Assembly (NCBI GenBank): GCA_030295235.1
Contig: AP026169.1
Span: 248,001 to 312,000, forward strand
DNA: 64,000 nt
From: Fistulifera solaris
Taxonomy: Eukaryota
Direction: 5' to 3'
Part shown: positions 50,716 to 64,000 of the stretch, one piece after another
Layout: every line of letters starts with the position of its first letter
Position numbering within the stretch: position 1 is the first letter of the stretch
Translations under genes and position numbers: made by a program
The notes under the pieces: model-generated
Told to the model about the DNA's origin: nothing
The model's input: only the letters and a program-made list of their open reading frames with translations
The model's database searches: none

Positions 50716-51810
50716 ATGGTACTTTACCAAGGCGGATCAGCACTTCGTTATCATTCTTTTTCTCTCCTTTCCTGGTTTCTTTGCTCTTCGTCGGCCCTTC
50801 TACGAGGCTTCGCTTTTTCAAAATCTATAATTTACCCGAGCTATACTACTCTTGCCAGCTCCATTGACCAAAATCGTTCAAAGATGACATCGTGGGATCC
50901 ACGTACAGCTACCAAAGTCATTTTGCCCCTCTCGTCGGACCATCACAAGGGATCTTCGGGACGCGTCGGTATTCTCGGAGGGAATGCTCGTTATACCGGA
51001 GCTCCGTATTATGTGGCCATGGCTTGCTTGAAAGCCGGAGCTGATTTAGCCTACGTCTTGACGGCTCAGGAAGCGGCGTTACCGATCAAATGCTATTCTC
51101 CCGAACTCATGGTGGAGGCCGTCTACGTGGCTTCCGAGTTTGATGACGCGAAAAATAATCAACAAATCGAAGAGTTGAGTGATGCCATGGCCCAAAAAGT
51201 CATTCCATCGATGGAGCGCTTGCATTGTCTCGTCATTGGACCAGGATTGGGACGGTGTCCCGTCGTGTTTCGTGCCGTGGCGAAAATTGTTGAACAAGCA
51301 AAGCAGCAACAGCTGCATCTCGTGTTCGATGCCGATGCGTTGTATATGCTATCTCTCTCGGAATATCGAAATTTGTTGCGCGGCTACCATAACGCAGTTC
51401 TGACGCCGAATGTGGTAGAATACAAACGATTGTTTGAAAATGCCGACAAGGACGATAGTGCTTTTGATGCTGTCACCATCATTCAGAAAGGACAGCAAGA
51501 TAAAATTATGCATGGAAAAGCTTCAGTTATCGAATGCGCAGAAGAAGGTGGTTTAAAACGATCGGGAGGTATCGGTGATATATTAGCTGGAACGGTCGGT
51601 ACCCTTGTATCATGGCACGCGATTTTGAAGGAGCAAGATGTTGCTGACGTGAAAGATTTGCCGCTGGCCTGCTGGACCGCTTGTTGTTTTGTAAGGCGGA
51701 GCACGAAATATGCTTTTGAGAAACACCGACGATCTATGACTGCACCCGATATTTTAAACGAACTAGGAAAAGCAATCGACGACATGACGGGAGGGGAGGA
51801 TGCATCCTGA
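50716..51810 (+). CDS. NAXD: ATP-dependent (S)-NAD(P)H-hydrate dehydratase
   Basis: [61 protein letters not shown]. Confidence 0.93.
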   Translation: MVLYQGGSALRYHSFSLLSWFLCSSSALLRGFAFSKSIIYPSYTTLASSIDQNRSKMTSWDPRTATKVILPLSSDHHKGSSGRVGILGGNARYTGAPYYVAMACLKAGADLAYVLTAQEAALPIKCYSPELMVEAVYVASEFDDAKNNQQIEELSDAMAQKVIPSMERLHCLVIGPGLGRCPVVFRAVAKIVEQAKQQQLHLVFDADALYMLSLSEYRNLLRGYHNAVLTPNVVEYKRLFENADKDDSAFDAVTIIQKGQQDKIMHGKASVIECAEEGGLKRSGGIGDILAGTVGTLVSWHAILKEQDVADVKDLPLACWTACCFVRRSTKYAFEKHRRSMTAPDILNELGKAIDDMTGGEDAS

Positions 51811-51856
51811 TGTATGAACGATGTAAGACCCTTAATTTAACCTCCATTTCTTAATA

Positions 51857-53382
51857 TCAGCCGATATTGTCATCCAAAAACGACAACAGCCTTCGAGAAT
51901 ACTTTTCGGGTGGAATGCAACTGAATTCTTTGTTCTCGTGTAACAGGGACTTGACTTTCCATTCGAGATACTTCTTGTAGTTGAACGGCTGAAGAAAGTC
52001 AATGAGACCTAAATACAGCACGATCGGTTCTCCTCCTTTTCGAGCACCGTGCAGGGTGGCAAATTTTCCACCATGTACTCCAACAGGTCCCTGCACCGCT
52101 GACAAAAACGCCCTTTTGATCCTAGAACCAAATTGGGAGTGCTTTTTCCTAGTCACTGGCTCGATACCAACTAACAGACTGTAGTCAATCACCGAGCAAT
52201 TTTGCAAAAGACTAACATCTTGACGGAGTTGATCCAAGAGTGCTTTCCTAGTTTCAAACCGGATCGAAATGTCCTTCTGTTCCAAGAAATTTATATCTTT
52301 CAACACAACATCTGGCCTCCGTCGCTCTTCTTCGGATACCTTGCGACCCACGGTCGAGCCTTTCAAATCATACCGTTCTTTGATAGATGCTTGTGACGGA
52401 AACACGGCATTCATAATGACAAGAGTATGATGCGTCCCCTCGATACAAATATCGTACATGCCACAAAAGCGTGTCAATAACGTCGTTCGTCCATATTGTT
52501 TCATGAATTCGGTATACTTTGGTAACATTTGTAAGAGGGTCGGGACTTCATCGGCTTTAATGGATTTAATCAAATAGCCACCGTCGGGTGAGAAAAGAAA
52601 ATCCCTCCGACCCGTGCGGCGCCTTTGGAATTGCTTTCGAACGAAACAAACGACCCATCTAGTAAACTCTTTCGAAAACCTGGTTCGGAAATACCAAATA
52701 AGGTTCGTAATTGTGCAAATTCGTTCGCGGCATAAGCTCGAATCTGGATGGGAGAGGGCATCAATGTTTGATTGTGAGCCGGTAATTCGATGCAGTAATC
52801 GGTGGATGAATTCGTTTGAGTTGGAAAAGTAGTATTTGCGCCAACGTCATTTTTGGAATATTGCAAATGAATAGTCACGGCTCCCGGAAGTCTTTCTTCG
52901 TCTTGGGGTAGTGTCTCCAACAAGAAATCCTGCTTGTTTGTGTGAAGTGTTTCCGTTTCGTTTGAATGTATGGAGCATGCTGTCCAGTTCGTCTCCTGAT
53001 GTTGTTGTATTTCAGATGCTTCGGTAGATTGAGAACTCAAGAATGAAGGATCCGGTTGAAGGGATAGACTATATCCTTGTTGATGAGTGTCAATACTTCT
53101 TGTCACTATCTGCACTGGATATTGTGTGTATCGGTCTTGTTCTAAATCCAAAGCGACGGCTTCTCGAAAGGCTCGTGTCACTTCCCACAAGTAGGGTGAT
53201 TCTTCGGGACGAATGGGAGGACCCTCGAGACGTGGTTGTTGTTGTTGTTGTTGTCGTTGGATAATGCTCAATATCAACTGTCCCAACAGAACGACACCAA
53301 GGATGGTTTCGGTTCCTATCATTTCTGGATGAACAAGTCTAGAGATCGAAATTAAATGATGGCGTTTGCGAGAAATCCTCAT
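51857..53382 (-). CDS. Phosphatidylinositol-phosphate kinase (PIP5K/PIP4K family) with an N-terminal hydrophobic segment
   Basis: IRAYA..F..LR..FGI, FFFSPDG.YLIKSI (one T missing near 52597), MNAVF, YDLKGSTVGR, LKD.NF, DYSLLVG, GLIDFLQ. Confidence 0.9.
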
Positions 53383-53488
53383 TGTCGTTGCGATGGACCC
53401 GCAAAAATATTATGAGAAGGCTCATTTCTTTCTTACGCGTGTAAGCTCTTGAGGGCTTATCGCTGGACGGCTTACAGACGCTTCTGTT

Positions 53489-53520
53489 ATCGCGATCCTT
53501 ATTGATCTAAGGATCGCGAT
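53489..53520. repeat. Perfect 13-bp inverted repeat in the divergent PIP-kinase/NAA20 promoter
   Basis: ATCGCGATCCTTA-ttgatc-TAAGGATCGCGAT. Confidence 0.8.
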
Positions 53521-53648
53521 GGGTGCAACGAACATTTTCGCTTTTCTCGCCTTTTTATCATTATCATTTCTTTTATTGTTATCGCTCTGTCTTCTACGTA
53601 CATACTTTGCTATTATTCGGTTCGGTCATTCACATACATTCCATTCTC

Positions 53649-54422
53649 ATGACAAGTTTGCGACAATTCTGTTTAGATGATCTCCTTCGTTTCAATGCGA
53701 TCAATCTCGATGTTCTCACGGAAACTTACAACGGTGCGTGTGACAAAGGACGGAGACGAGGATTCGAAAGTCTCGTATTATTTATTTCTCAATTTGTTAA
53801 CATGATTTTAAGGCTCCTTTTACATGTCGTATTTGTCGAAATGGCCGGAATCGTTCGTAGGTACGTTAATTAGCGGCTAGAGTTTGGTTTGTGGAGCGCT
53901 TGCATCGTCTCACATTTTTCGTCAAAGTGGCCGAAGCTCCGCAAGGACAGCTCATGGGATACGTCTTGGGCAAGGTACGAAAGGAAAGGAAACACGGCAT
54001 ATGTCAGTGTTGCTTCACTTAACTCATAACCTTTTGCTATTATTCTCTACACCACCACATGTTAGGCCGAAGGCGAGGACCAATTATGGCACGGCCATGT
54101 CTCGGCCGTCACTGTATCACCCCAATATCGACGACTCGGTCTCGCCAAGACCTTGATGGATTCGTTTGAAAATCTATCGATTTATACGTACAATGCGTAT
54201 TTTGTCGATCTATTTGTCCGTGCCTCGAATCATTTGGCCATACAAATGTATCAGAATTTCGGTTATTCGACCTATCGGCGCGTCTTGGGGTATTATTCGG
54301 GGTACGGGGAGGAACCGGCAGAAGATGCTTTGGATATGCGCAAAGCGTTGCCGCGGGATGTCGAGAAAGCGAGTATCGTTCCATTGGATCGGCCGGTGCG
54401 GCCGGAAGAGTTGGAGTGGTAA
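53649..54422 (+). CDS. NAA20: NatB catalytic subunit N-alpha-acetyltransferase 20, 4 exons
   Basis: MTSLRQFCLDDLLRFNAINLDVLTETY, WPE, MGYVLGK|AEG..WHGHVSAVTV.P.YRRLG, FVDLFVRASN, EDALDMRKAL; three GT-AG introns. Confidence 0.95.
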
Positions 54423-54557
54423 ACAATAATACCAAAAACACAGCTATCCTTACTCTATCATTGTGATTATTCTATCATTGTGATTCTTGGTGTTTGATCT
54501 AAGTGTGCGATAAACTTCTTTTCTAGTTTCTTGAGGTTAGTAAGCTATTGTGAAGGA

Positions 54558-57500
54558 TCAAAGATGAAACCGTAGCGTGTGGTTCGCGCCTTCAGGAACT
54601 GTCAGTCGCACCTTTTTCACTTTGTCTCCGTCTTGGATCGAGGTCACAAAGCTGTCACCGGCGCTCAAGCCGTCGGGAATGGTCACCTCAAAGGGCCGTT
54701 TCTCGTCAGAAGGTGCGCCTTTTCGTTTCACCCCCGCTTCCTCTTTCTGCTTGGCAGTCTTCTTCTTGGTGTGTAGGAAACCTCCCGAATGGGACGGGAA
54801 TAGTTGTTGACATTTTCGAATCGCATCTAGAAGGACACTGGACGAAAACGTCTCGCCGTTCCAGTCGGCTGACTGATCCGAATGCTGAGTACCTTTGTTC
54901 AAGCGTAAATATGCCGTCGTCAGCGCATTGATTACTTCCTTGGCTCCGCTCTTCTTATATCGCCAACTACTTCCTTTGGTCAGGTCATCGATCTTACAAT
55001 TCAGGCGCAAGTAACAAGAATACGCAAGCTGCAGTAGATCCTCGTATGAAGCGACACCATCACGGCCCGGTGGCTTTTTCAACTCGTTCAAAATTGTTAT
55101 TGCCAGAGCGCGGTTCGTTTCGCGCTTGATAGTTGTCAAGAAATGGAGAGAGGATAATGCACGGGGTTTGACTAATAGACAGTCATGAGTGTGGGATTTC
55201 TTCAGCTTGTCCGCGTCGATGCTCGCACTGGCTGAGAAATAAGAAGGCAAATCACGCTTACAGGAATAGACCCATTTCAAGAAAGTTTCTAGTTCGGAAC
55301 GGCAATCACAGAGACAAAGACTCTCGAGGTAGGCATTTGTATACTTTCCGCGCAAGCTGTCGTACTTGCGAATACTCGAATTCAATGCCGAGAAAGCGGA
55401 TTCCGAAGAATCACGAGTAACCCATACTGCACAGAGCTGTTGTCTTTTCTTTTCGAAGAGGCTAGACATTACCATGAATCCGCTGTATGCAGCATTTGTC
55501 AGATAATTCAGACCTCTTAGTCTGCTTGCTTTGGCTGCTGGCACTGTCCCCAAACTTCCACTCGATCGCTGCCCAACAGGATCATGGAATATGGGGGCCC
55601 ACATGAGTGCCTGAGCATGTCTGTAAACTGAGCGATGAAAGTATGGGAAGTCGTGTCTGAATTGAGCCATTGCTGTTACAATATCAACAAGAACATTCCA
55701 AACGCGATCGCGGACATTGAGCTGGGGGTCAAAATCTGGTTCCTTAGCATACCAAAAGCACTCCACTATTCGTAGAGCTTCTTGTTCGGCCAGATCTCTC
55801 AAGTCTTCGTGCGTTTTTAGTGCCCGAATCAAGCATTTCAAGCGCGAAGCGTGCAAACGATACACCGATTCGGCGGAACCATGAGAGCTTCCCCCGCTTC
55901 CTTCAACAATTAGTTCATTCGACGACTCGAGCGCTTTGGCCTCTACGATTGACGCATTGTAGGCTTCGAGTGCTTTTGATAAGTGATACTCATATTTTCT
56001 CGCTCTTGAGCTATCATTAGGGTATTCTTCACTCCATAACGTGTTGGCAATCTTTTCGTGACACTGAGTACAGCAAAGGGTTAAGAATCCGAACTTGAAA
56101 ACGACACGACACGTATAGTTTTTTTACCTTTCCCATCATTAGCTTCAAATCCCAACTCGTTCGCAGTACCTCCTCATTTGAGGAGGCTGTTTCTATTGAC
56201 CTCTCGAAGCACGCCAATGATGTTTCACCTATTTGCCTTTTGCTGTAGGGCGTCAAAAGGCGCATTGGGTAACCATAGAGTTGAGAAGCCATGAGATCCG
56301 TGTAAAAGAAAATGCCCATCGATTCCATGATCTCGGAGAGTTCAATCTGTAAATCGACACCAGCTCTTCTTTTATGCAATGTATAAACGGCAAGTTGCGC
56401 GCACCGAGATGCAATATTTCTAAGGGCGGAGACAAAAGTCCACCCCAAGCATTTTGCCACGCATCATAATCAGATTTCAGTCGAAGATGTTCAATTTCAC
56501 TCCACACATGAAGATCAAATGGAGGAGCTTCGTCGTTGTTTCTTAGTTGTTTGAAGTCCTCACGGTATCCAGACAAAACAGCTTCAGACAGAAGCTTAAG
56601 GGACTCTAAAGACGACCACGTGTAGCTCACATAAACAGATAAATCAGTTCCCAAGCACTGAAGCCAGCCCTGCTCGGCTAAAGATCGTTCACAGCTCTGC
56701 TCTTCAAGCATTTGTTCGAACGTTGATTTCTTCTCTTGGTCGATCTTTGATGCGGAGGGCGTAAAATCACAAATTCTTCCAAAACCTTTCGTCAACCCAA
56801 GTCTATCTGCAATGGTATCGGCTTTCACTAGCAGACACTGCGCAGCGGCAAACCATGATTCGAAATCACTTGCTTGTCCAAGGCACAATCCATCGAACAG
56901 TGCAAAAAACTTTTTTGCATTTTCTTCTTCCATTAGGACAGCAATCAACCGACGATCTTCCTCTGCGCCAACTTCGTAATTAGGTGAAATGTTACTCTGA
57001 GCTAAAAATTCGAAGCACCTCGGCGCACTATGGTCATCTCGTCTTCTTCAACCGTTTCTCCTCCCGCTCTACTTACATCAATCCACCTCTCAATATCTCT
57101 AAAGTGAGAGCTAAAGTCTTCAGGCTGCTTGACAAAACTACACCACTCGTTTGTTGCCAAGCGCGGACCATCCTTGGAAAATAGGAACTTACGAAAATCA
57201 GTGGCCTTTGTCGTGTCAGCAGCAGGTGGTAACACTGCGAGGATGGCTTCAAGAGCACATTTCGGTGGACTTCGCCGTCCTTGGGAATACGTTCTCAAAA
57301 CGCAACGATAGAGAGAAACTGCTGCGCTAGCACTCTCAGGGAGACTATATCGACTCTTGTCGTTGACAGGAGCAGGACCGCTTTGAGCATCTTTATTCTC
57401 GTGGCTTAGAGAAAATCCATATAGAATCCTGTACGCTTTGTGAAGCAAAGAATCAAGAAGCTGACCAGTAGATCTTATGCCTAGAGGGTACTGTGACCAC

Positions 57501-60500
57501 ACAGACGGAGCCTTCTCTTCCTCGGCAAAATAATTAAGGAGGATGTCGGCGAAATGATGCAACACCCGGACAACAATCACCGGCAACACCGGGCAAACCT
57601 TTTCGTTATGCCCGTAGCTATACGTCAACGCTGCAACTTCTTTTTCGTCTACAGAACTGTATACATTTGCAATGCAGTGCACTACTTGAATGATCACGCG
57701 AAGAAGATCCACTGATTTCAAATTTGTGGAATCTGTCTCACCGTCAGAACCAACAAGCCAATCTGTAGTACTGCTATCGGAGTCGTAGAATTCATCAAGT
57801 TGCAGCGTCCTTTCTGCCTCGAATGAACCCCGAAACATTCCTTGTGATGATGACGCTGAGCCACACAAACCAACTAAGACACAAGCCGTGGCCACCTTTA
57901 GTCGTTCGGCGGTAGACTGGTTGTCAACTAATGTGCCCGATACTGACCCCCAAATCCACAACAGACTTTCACATAGCGCAGCGATGCAAGAGTTACCTAT
58001 GTTGGATTTCGAGATGAGAGCGGATCGAACAATTTGAAGATCTGCAACAAACACGTTACTCTCTGACAGTATCAGCCCCAAGTCACAACAAACTAATTCA
58101 ACTAATTCGCATCTTCGACGAATGATCCTGCTTCGTAGCGATCTTTGATTACGATCGCAATCAGCAGTCATGACCTTTTCGATAATTTTTCGTTGCTGAC
58201 ATATAAGTTCAATCATTCCGGAGACATAGGCTCTTTCAAGTAGCTTCTTCGATTCACAAAGCTCTGTTTGTTTCCCTTGTAATGTCCGTTCCAAATGCTG
58301 CATTGCACGAAACAAACGAATATCCTCAACAAAATCGCCCTCTTTGAAGTCCTGCGAATCAAAAGCCTGAGACCACATTAATGTCTGTTTTGAGCCTGCG
58401 CAAATAATTTTGTTTGATGCGATACAATCGAGTTTGTCCTTTGAGCCGTCTACCTCGCAAAGCAATGCGATTCGCCCAATTAAAAAGCGATATAGAACGC
58501 TGTATTGTCGTAAACGGGATCGCTTCGATTCATTCTCGCCCGCCAATGCACGCTCCTGATAATCGTCGAGAGATTCGTCGTCGCTATCACATTCCACTTT
58601 CTTAGACCATATTTCCTCGGACGACTCGCCAATTTGTACTTGTACGTCTTCCCACATAGCGGTTATGGAGCTGCATACACGTACAAGAAGATTCAGCACA
58701 TCAAGGTTACGATCGGCCTTTGTTTGCAGGCATGAGAGAAGTATCGTCAAAAGACAGGGTCTTTGAAGGTTAAGAAAATATCCCACAGTCTCTATGTGAT
58801 CGATAGGGACGACAGTTTGAAACCACTCGTCCTTATCAAGCCCTTTATCTGGATTGTCCCAGATTGCCGAGGATAGAAATGCTACCCCATGTTCATTGAG
58901 AAGATCTGCGACAAGCTCAGCGTGTTTGTCTAAACCATTACTTCCTTGGCCAGCATAACGCTCGAGCAACTCGCTTCCGATAGTTTCCAACGACGCTACA
59001 TGTTCTCTTGTTAATAATTGATCACTTTCCATCTCGTTCATGGTTGCAATAACTTGAAGAAACCTTTCTTCGGTCTGAAGTAAAATCGATGAAGCCTGGA
59101 CATCGTTTTTGAAATTTGACAAACTAGAAATAGTCAATTCTTTCCACACCTGGCCTTTCCGAGACGGCGAAACCAGGTGGGGGGTTAAAACTCGGCTGCA
59201 GTGGGAACGCTTCCAAGCACTTCATTACCTCCTGGATAGCTTCCAACCCACGATTTTCTGCTTCGCGGCTATCTGTAACATTATTGGACAATCTTCCTTG
59301 CCATAAATATACCCCCGCAGTCACCCAAAAACATCGAGCCTTCAAGTGAACCCACTTTTTCGACCTACAACATTCTGTTCCAAGCTTCGCTTCGAGAATC
59401 GGTATCTTGGCGATAAGACACGGGGCCTTCGACATTACGACATTTCTATAGCCATTAAACGTGGCGTCATAAACACATCCATCTTGCTCGCACTTGAGAA
59501 GAGACAATTCTGCATCAAGCAAGTCTACAGCGAATAGCCCAAGCAGACCAAGTTCGAAAAAAGGCCCAGCGGGAGCGTTCGACCAGCACACATTTCTCCC
59601 CCTCATCGTAGTCCATTACTTGGCATATGACTTCAAAACACTCGAGTATGATTGCCGAGAGCACATACGAGCTGTGATCATTCTGAAACACGTCAGCAAC
59701 ATTCATTGCTACCTTCGAAACAAAATCGCAAAGGAGCTCTATACTCGATTGCGGTCGATCTACAGATGCTTGAACAAAGTCAAACAACGAGTAATCGGAT
59801 GACAAGGAAGGTGATCGAATACGACCGTGCTTCCTGAAGACATTGTTGGAAGAATCGACTTGACCCAGTGCACGGGAGTATGCCGCTAAGGATGCATGAC
59901 CCGCTTTGACAGCGGCTTGGTATTCCTCACTATCTTCCGTGCAGCCGAAAATTGCGCTGAGGAGACAAAATTTTGTAGAAGACCGACGATTTTCCCTCTC
60001 CGCTCGCTTCCCTGAAGTGATGATTTGAGAACGCACTCGCTTAGAAATTCTATTTACCGGAGCCTTTTCTTCCACTTTTGTTTCCGTAGTTTCCGATGTT
60101 ACTTCCGAGACAGCGACTTTTTTGTGGTTTGTCGGTGGTCGAGTCTTTTGCAACGTGCGATAGCGATTCACGGCGTACCGCTTGATGATCAATGGCAGCT
60201 CGAGCAGCGACGATTGCCGACGACAGAGCATGACACGTTGCCTCAAACCGATAGATGTCAGCGGGTTGCAAAAACAGACAAATACCTCCCAGAACATTGG
60301 CAGGCAATGCCAGTAAAGGCGACAACTTTAGAGAAAAGTTAGGAGAACACAGGATGGGGAGACCCTCCTGGTGTGAACCCTCCGAACAAAGCCGCAACAG
60401 CGTACGACCTACATGCGACCAAGAATAGCGCAATACCGGAATATCCACCACTTGTAAAAATTCGTGCTTCTCCTTCAAATCAGCCACATATTCCATGCCG

Positions 60501-61435
60501 GCATTCGTTTCGTCTTCTTTTTCCCATTCTTCCAAGGCACGCTGTGCCAATCGATTCGGAGGAATTCCCGCGGGGAGTGCCGAAACCGCTTGTTCGAGAG
60601 CAAACTTCTCCAAGTGACGGTACGCTGGATGCGACAGAGGGCGACCCAGGCGCCGGGCCGCACAGGCCAATTTAAGCCACACCGTCGGATCCGTGTCATC
60701 GATTGAGGTCGCATCCAAGTACGCCACCAATGCCAAGCGTACAGTAACACTTTCCGGCTCCTTCAGGATCGATTCTGGGACCAACGTAGTATTACTGCTT
60801 CCTCGATTCTCCACTGGTTGTTGGTTTGTGGCATCGCTCGCATCCAAAGCACCTTGCTGAAATGGAGCGTCATTTGACGAATTGTCGGGAGCTTTTGAAA
60901 TTTCTGATCCGTTCCGCGTGTCTGTCACGAGAGTCTGCCCCGGTACCATCTCGATCCAAGCGGTATCGGCACGAAACGGGGCCAACGGCTGGACCACTCC
61001 TCGATCCAGAATCCTGGGACTGGCCGGGGTGCCTCCACATCCCGCCAACAAAAGATCCGCATAATTCACCAGCGACAAATACGCCAGCTTTTCGACGGTT
61101 TGTTGATGACCCGTGGAACGCAATTCGACCGTTTTCTTCCGGCGGCTCGTTAAGTGCGGTAACGTTTGATTCAACAGAGGCGCGTGCGTGTCCGCAATCC
61201 AAGGATCCCTGCAAATGGCTTCTTCAAATACCTTTCGCGCCGCCTGACCCACTTGTCGCAATTGCCCTATATCACTTTCCACAAAAGATACCCGATGCCA
61301 GGCCCCCACGCAGGTCATGGCCGTATGGTAGGCTTTGGACAAGCGATTCAAGGCGGCTTCGACCGTTTCCTCCGCCGGTCGACTTTCGCGTGGAGAATCC
61401 TCTCTTTGAACGACGTTGGCGCCTTGCCATGACAT
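54558..61435 (-). CDS. CABIN1: CABIN1/Hir3-like TPR scaffold of the HIRA histone chaperone complex (fragmented into several ORFs by indels and introns)
   Basis: LAYLSLVNYADLL; ALVAYLDATSIDDTDPTVWLKLACAARRL...FALEQA; C-terminal YRLHASRLK and HRSVYRHAQAL match CABIN1/Hir3 conserved blocks. Six consecutive same-strand ORFs. Confidence 0.75.
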
Positions 61436-62066
61436 GTTAGCCAATAAGTAACTACTTCACTTTAATCTCCGGCCGGTGGCTTTCTTTCAGTCAACCCGCG
61501 TTTGTGAGTAATGATGACAATGATTTTGTCATAAAATTCCTTCTTTTTTATTGCGAATTGCGACTACCAGATACAATAAAAGGACGAATTCCATCAGTAA
61601 CGGTACGATAGCAAACAAGTAAGGAATCTCGTTTCAAACAAGCACGTTAACACGGCCTTGGTAGTGCATCATGTAAGGCTTATACTATTGAGAACCAAGC
61701 TATAAACCTAGACCATAGACGCAAGGTTTCTTAAAATGTACAAGGTACTGAGTACAGAGTAGTTTTTGCTATCATCTTTGATCGTTCGTCCCTCTCGGTA
61801 GCATTATTAACATCATGGCGAAAGAGTGACGACGGAATGATGCGGTGGAGGCCGAATGTTAGATCTGGGTTGTGGAGAACGTTGCCCTTGTTTTGTCTTT
61901 ACGTTCCGCTGTCATACCCACTGAGGCGTACGCTTAACGTTGTTATGCTTGGGGCTGCACACGTGTGTGGTAATCTTGATTAAAGGCATTCATTCGTGCA
62001 TTCGTCTTACCGTGCAAGGCACTTTTTTCAATGAAAAGACGAAACTCGTACAGTCCCCATGAACAT

Positions 62067-63552
62067 TTACATCCCAAAAAAGTCTTGTAATAAGCCTTCC
62101 ATATTTCGTAATCGGACCTTCTCGGCAGAACCGCTAGCTTTTAGCACGTCATGAGGACTTCGCAAATCCGATCGACCTATTTCGGGTGAAGAACGCGCTT
62201 CGACCTTTTCCGTGGGAGTGGCAGATCTTCCCGGCATGGCTCGCACCGAGCGGCCATCGTGATCATACTTTGAAAGGGAAGAATTAACATTTCAGACAAT
62301 TATCAAATAATAGTACGAGTTTCGCACTGGAAACATACCTTTCGTTGCAACATCCGTCGAATTTCTTGCTCTTTGCGCATAACTTCTTCCATGAGTCGAT
62401 TGTTCTTCGTCTCTTCTACTTGCACGAGATGTCTCCAGTGATTCCGATCGCTTTCCAATTGCTCCAACTGCTTGGCCCATTCTCGCTCTCGGGCTTCCAA
62501 GGTGGCCTCCAATTGCTGCCGTCCCTGTGACTCGAGCTGCAATCGGGCTTCCAAGTCGCCGTGGACGCGTTCTAACTGTGCTAACCGGCGGTTTTGACTT
62601 TCCAGAATGCGGGCGTATGATTTGATTTCATGTACCTCTTCTGTGACCAATCGTTCAAACAGAGGCGTCGGTGGGTTCATCGGTGGATCGTGGCGCGCAA
62701 GGCTGATGCGATTGCTCACGGGCGGCTCTTGGTCATTCGTATTTGCGTAATCATCATTCTCCGCCGTGTGATTACGATCATTGTAGTTTCTTCTACTCAT
62801 GTCTTGAGTCATCTCGGGAAAGTCGCACTGCAGTTTTTGAAGTCTGCGTATTTCCGCCTTTTCGCGTTGACGTTCCCGTTCCTTGTGCGCCTTTTCCGAA
62901 TTCTTCTTTTCTTTTATCGATAATTCTTTCTTCCGTTTTCCGAATGGGTTATTTTTAATAGAGTTGGTTTGGAGAACCGAAGAAGACAAAGAAGAAGAAG
63001 ATATTCTAGACGGCTCGAAGGATTTTGCGACCGGGGCTACCAACGGCACTTCCGCCCCTCCGCTTTTATTCGGTTGCGGCCGAATCAGTGTTTCCTTTCT
63101 TGAATGGGCTGACCAGGAAAGAACTTGATTTCCTGTCAACAACGTTTCATTTGAAATGCAGAAACTGACGGCTTTATTCGAAAGTGAAAACGCAGCCGCC
63201 ACTTCTCGTTGTTGCAAGTTCACGGATCTTTTTTCGGGCGACGATGCTTTTGGCGGAGGCGGCGGCGCTGACCATCTGTCGTGAATGAATCAGTCACGTT
63301 TTTGCTTAGGGATTTTACCGTCCCTTCTTCAGCCAAGTTTGGAACATGGAGTCCGTTTTGTAAGCTTTCGCCATCTTTATTTTGATTACATGGAGGAAAA
63401 AGATGCTCTAACAGTCCACGAGAATATTCCGGGGCAGACGAGGATTGAAACACTTGATCATGGTGCTTTTGCGTCGACTTTTTGTCGAGACCTTTCGTGT
63501 CAAACGATGCAGAAAACGAGCTAGTTGTCTTTCTTGCAGAATCTTGCATGAT
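62067..63552 (-). CDS. Hypothetical coiled-coil protein (start uncertain)
   Basis: PPTPLFERLVTEEV followed by a long coiled coil; intron about 62339-62268; last exon ends QDFFGM*; frameshift near 63230. Confidence 0.6.
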
Positions 63553-64000
63553 TTTGTTAAGAATAACATTCGCTTTCAGAGTTTCTCTATCAGAGAATGA
63601 GCACCCAGTTCGCCGCCTCGTCGCCACTGGAAAAGGTGTCATGTTCTCGAGACAATCAATTTCAAATAATCCGAGTGATTCTTATCGATCAGCTTCCTCT
63701 AACGGCAAGAAAATACAAAATGATGGTGAAATTGAAACGCAGTTCGAATAGAAACTTGGAAATCAATAACGATGGTGGAACTTCTTATTTCTTGTTTCTT
63801 CATTCTACGCATCGCCCAATAATCTATCGCGATGACCACCTTTCTGTCTTGTCTTGTCTTGAAAACTCGAAAAAAAGAATGTGAATACCTTTCCTTCTAC
63901 ACTCAATGTTACAGTCATTTTCAGTTTCACATATCATAGAACGTGCTAGACTTTTTACCTTATCAAGACTCACTTTATGTCATTTTCCATTTTCTGTCAT

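Noticed and set aside
54454..54485. 15-bp direct repeat TCTATCATTGTGATT x2 between convergent genes
   Set aside because: A simple local duplication with no evidence of function.
61836..61925. Box C/D snoRNA (ATGATG...CTGA)
   Set aside because: Imperfect C box, no clear terminal stem and no identifiable rRNA guide.

Overview
Gene-dense eukaryotic nuclear DNA, most likely from a diatom. Evidence: short GT-AG introns, bipartite plastid presequences with ASAF-like motifs, a mitochondrial TPI-GAPDH fusion and DUF6824-family genes. About 25 protein genes and 2 tRNAs (Thr-TGT, Ser-CGA) can be supported. Many genes, including housekeeping ones, are broken by single-base indels at homopolymer runs, which points to an unpolished long-read consensus. 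Gene spans below are hand-reconstructed across introns and these indels. The most notable features are: (1) three secreted, catalytic-domain-free proteins built from 11 CBM6-like modules (5+3+3) at 14.5-22.6 kb; (2) a triplet of DUF6824 genes sharing three motifs outside the named domain; (3) a GAF-HisKA-REC-REC hybrid kinase with apparently degenerate ATP-binding G-boxes; (4) a DDX60/Ski2-like helicase head-to-head with exosome RRP41; (5) a transaldolase-family enzyme with the fructose-6-phosphate aldolase active-site signature; (6) a hAT-type MITE with an 8-bp TSD, a Stowaway/mariner-like TIR element and other inverted repeats; (7) recurring 7-bp-period tandem repeats in intergenic DNA.
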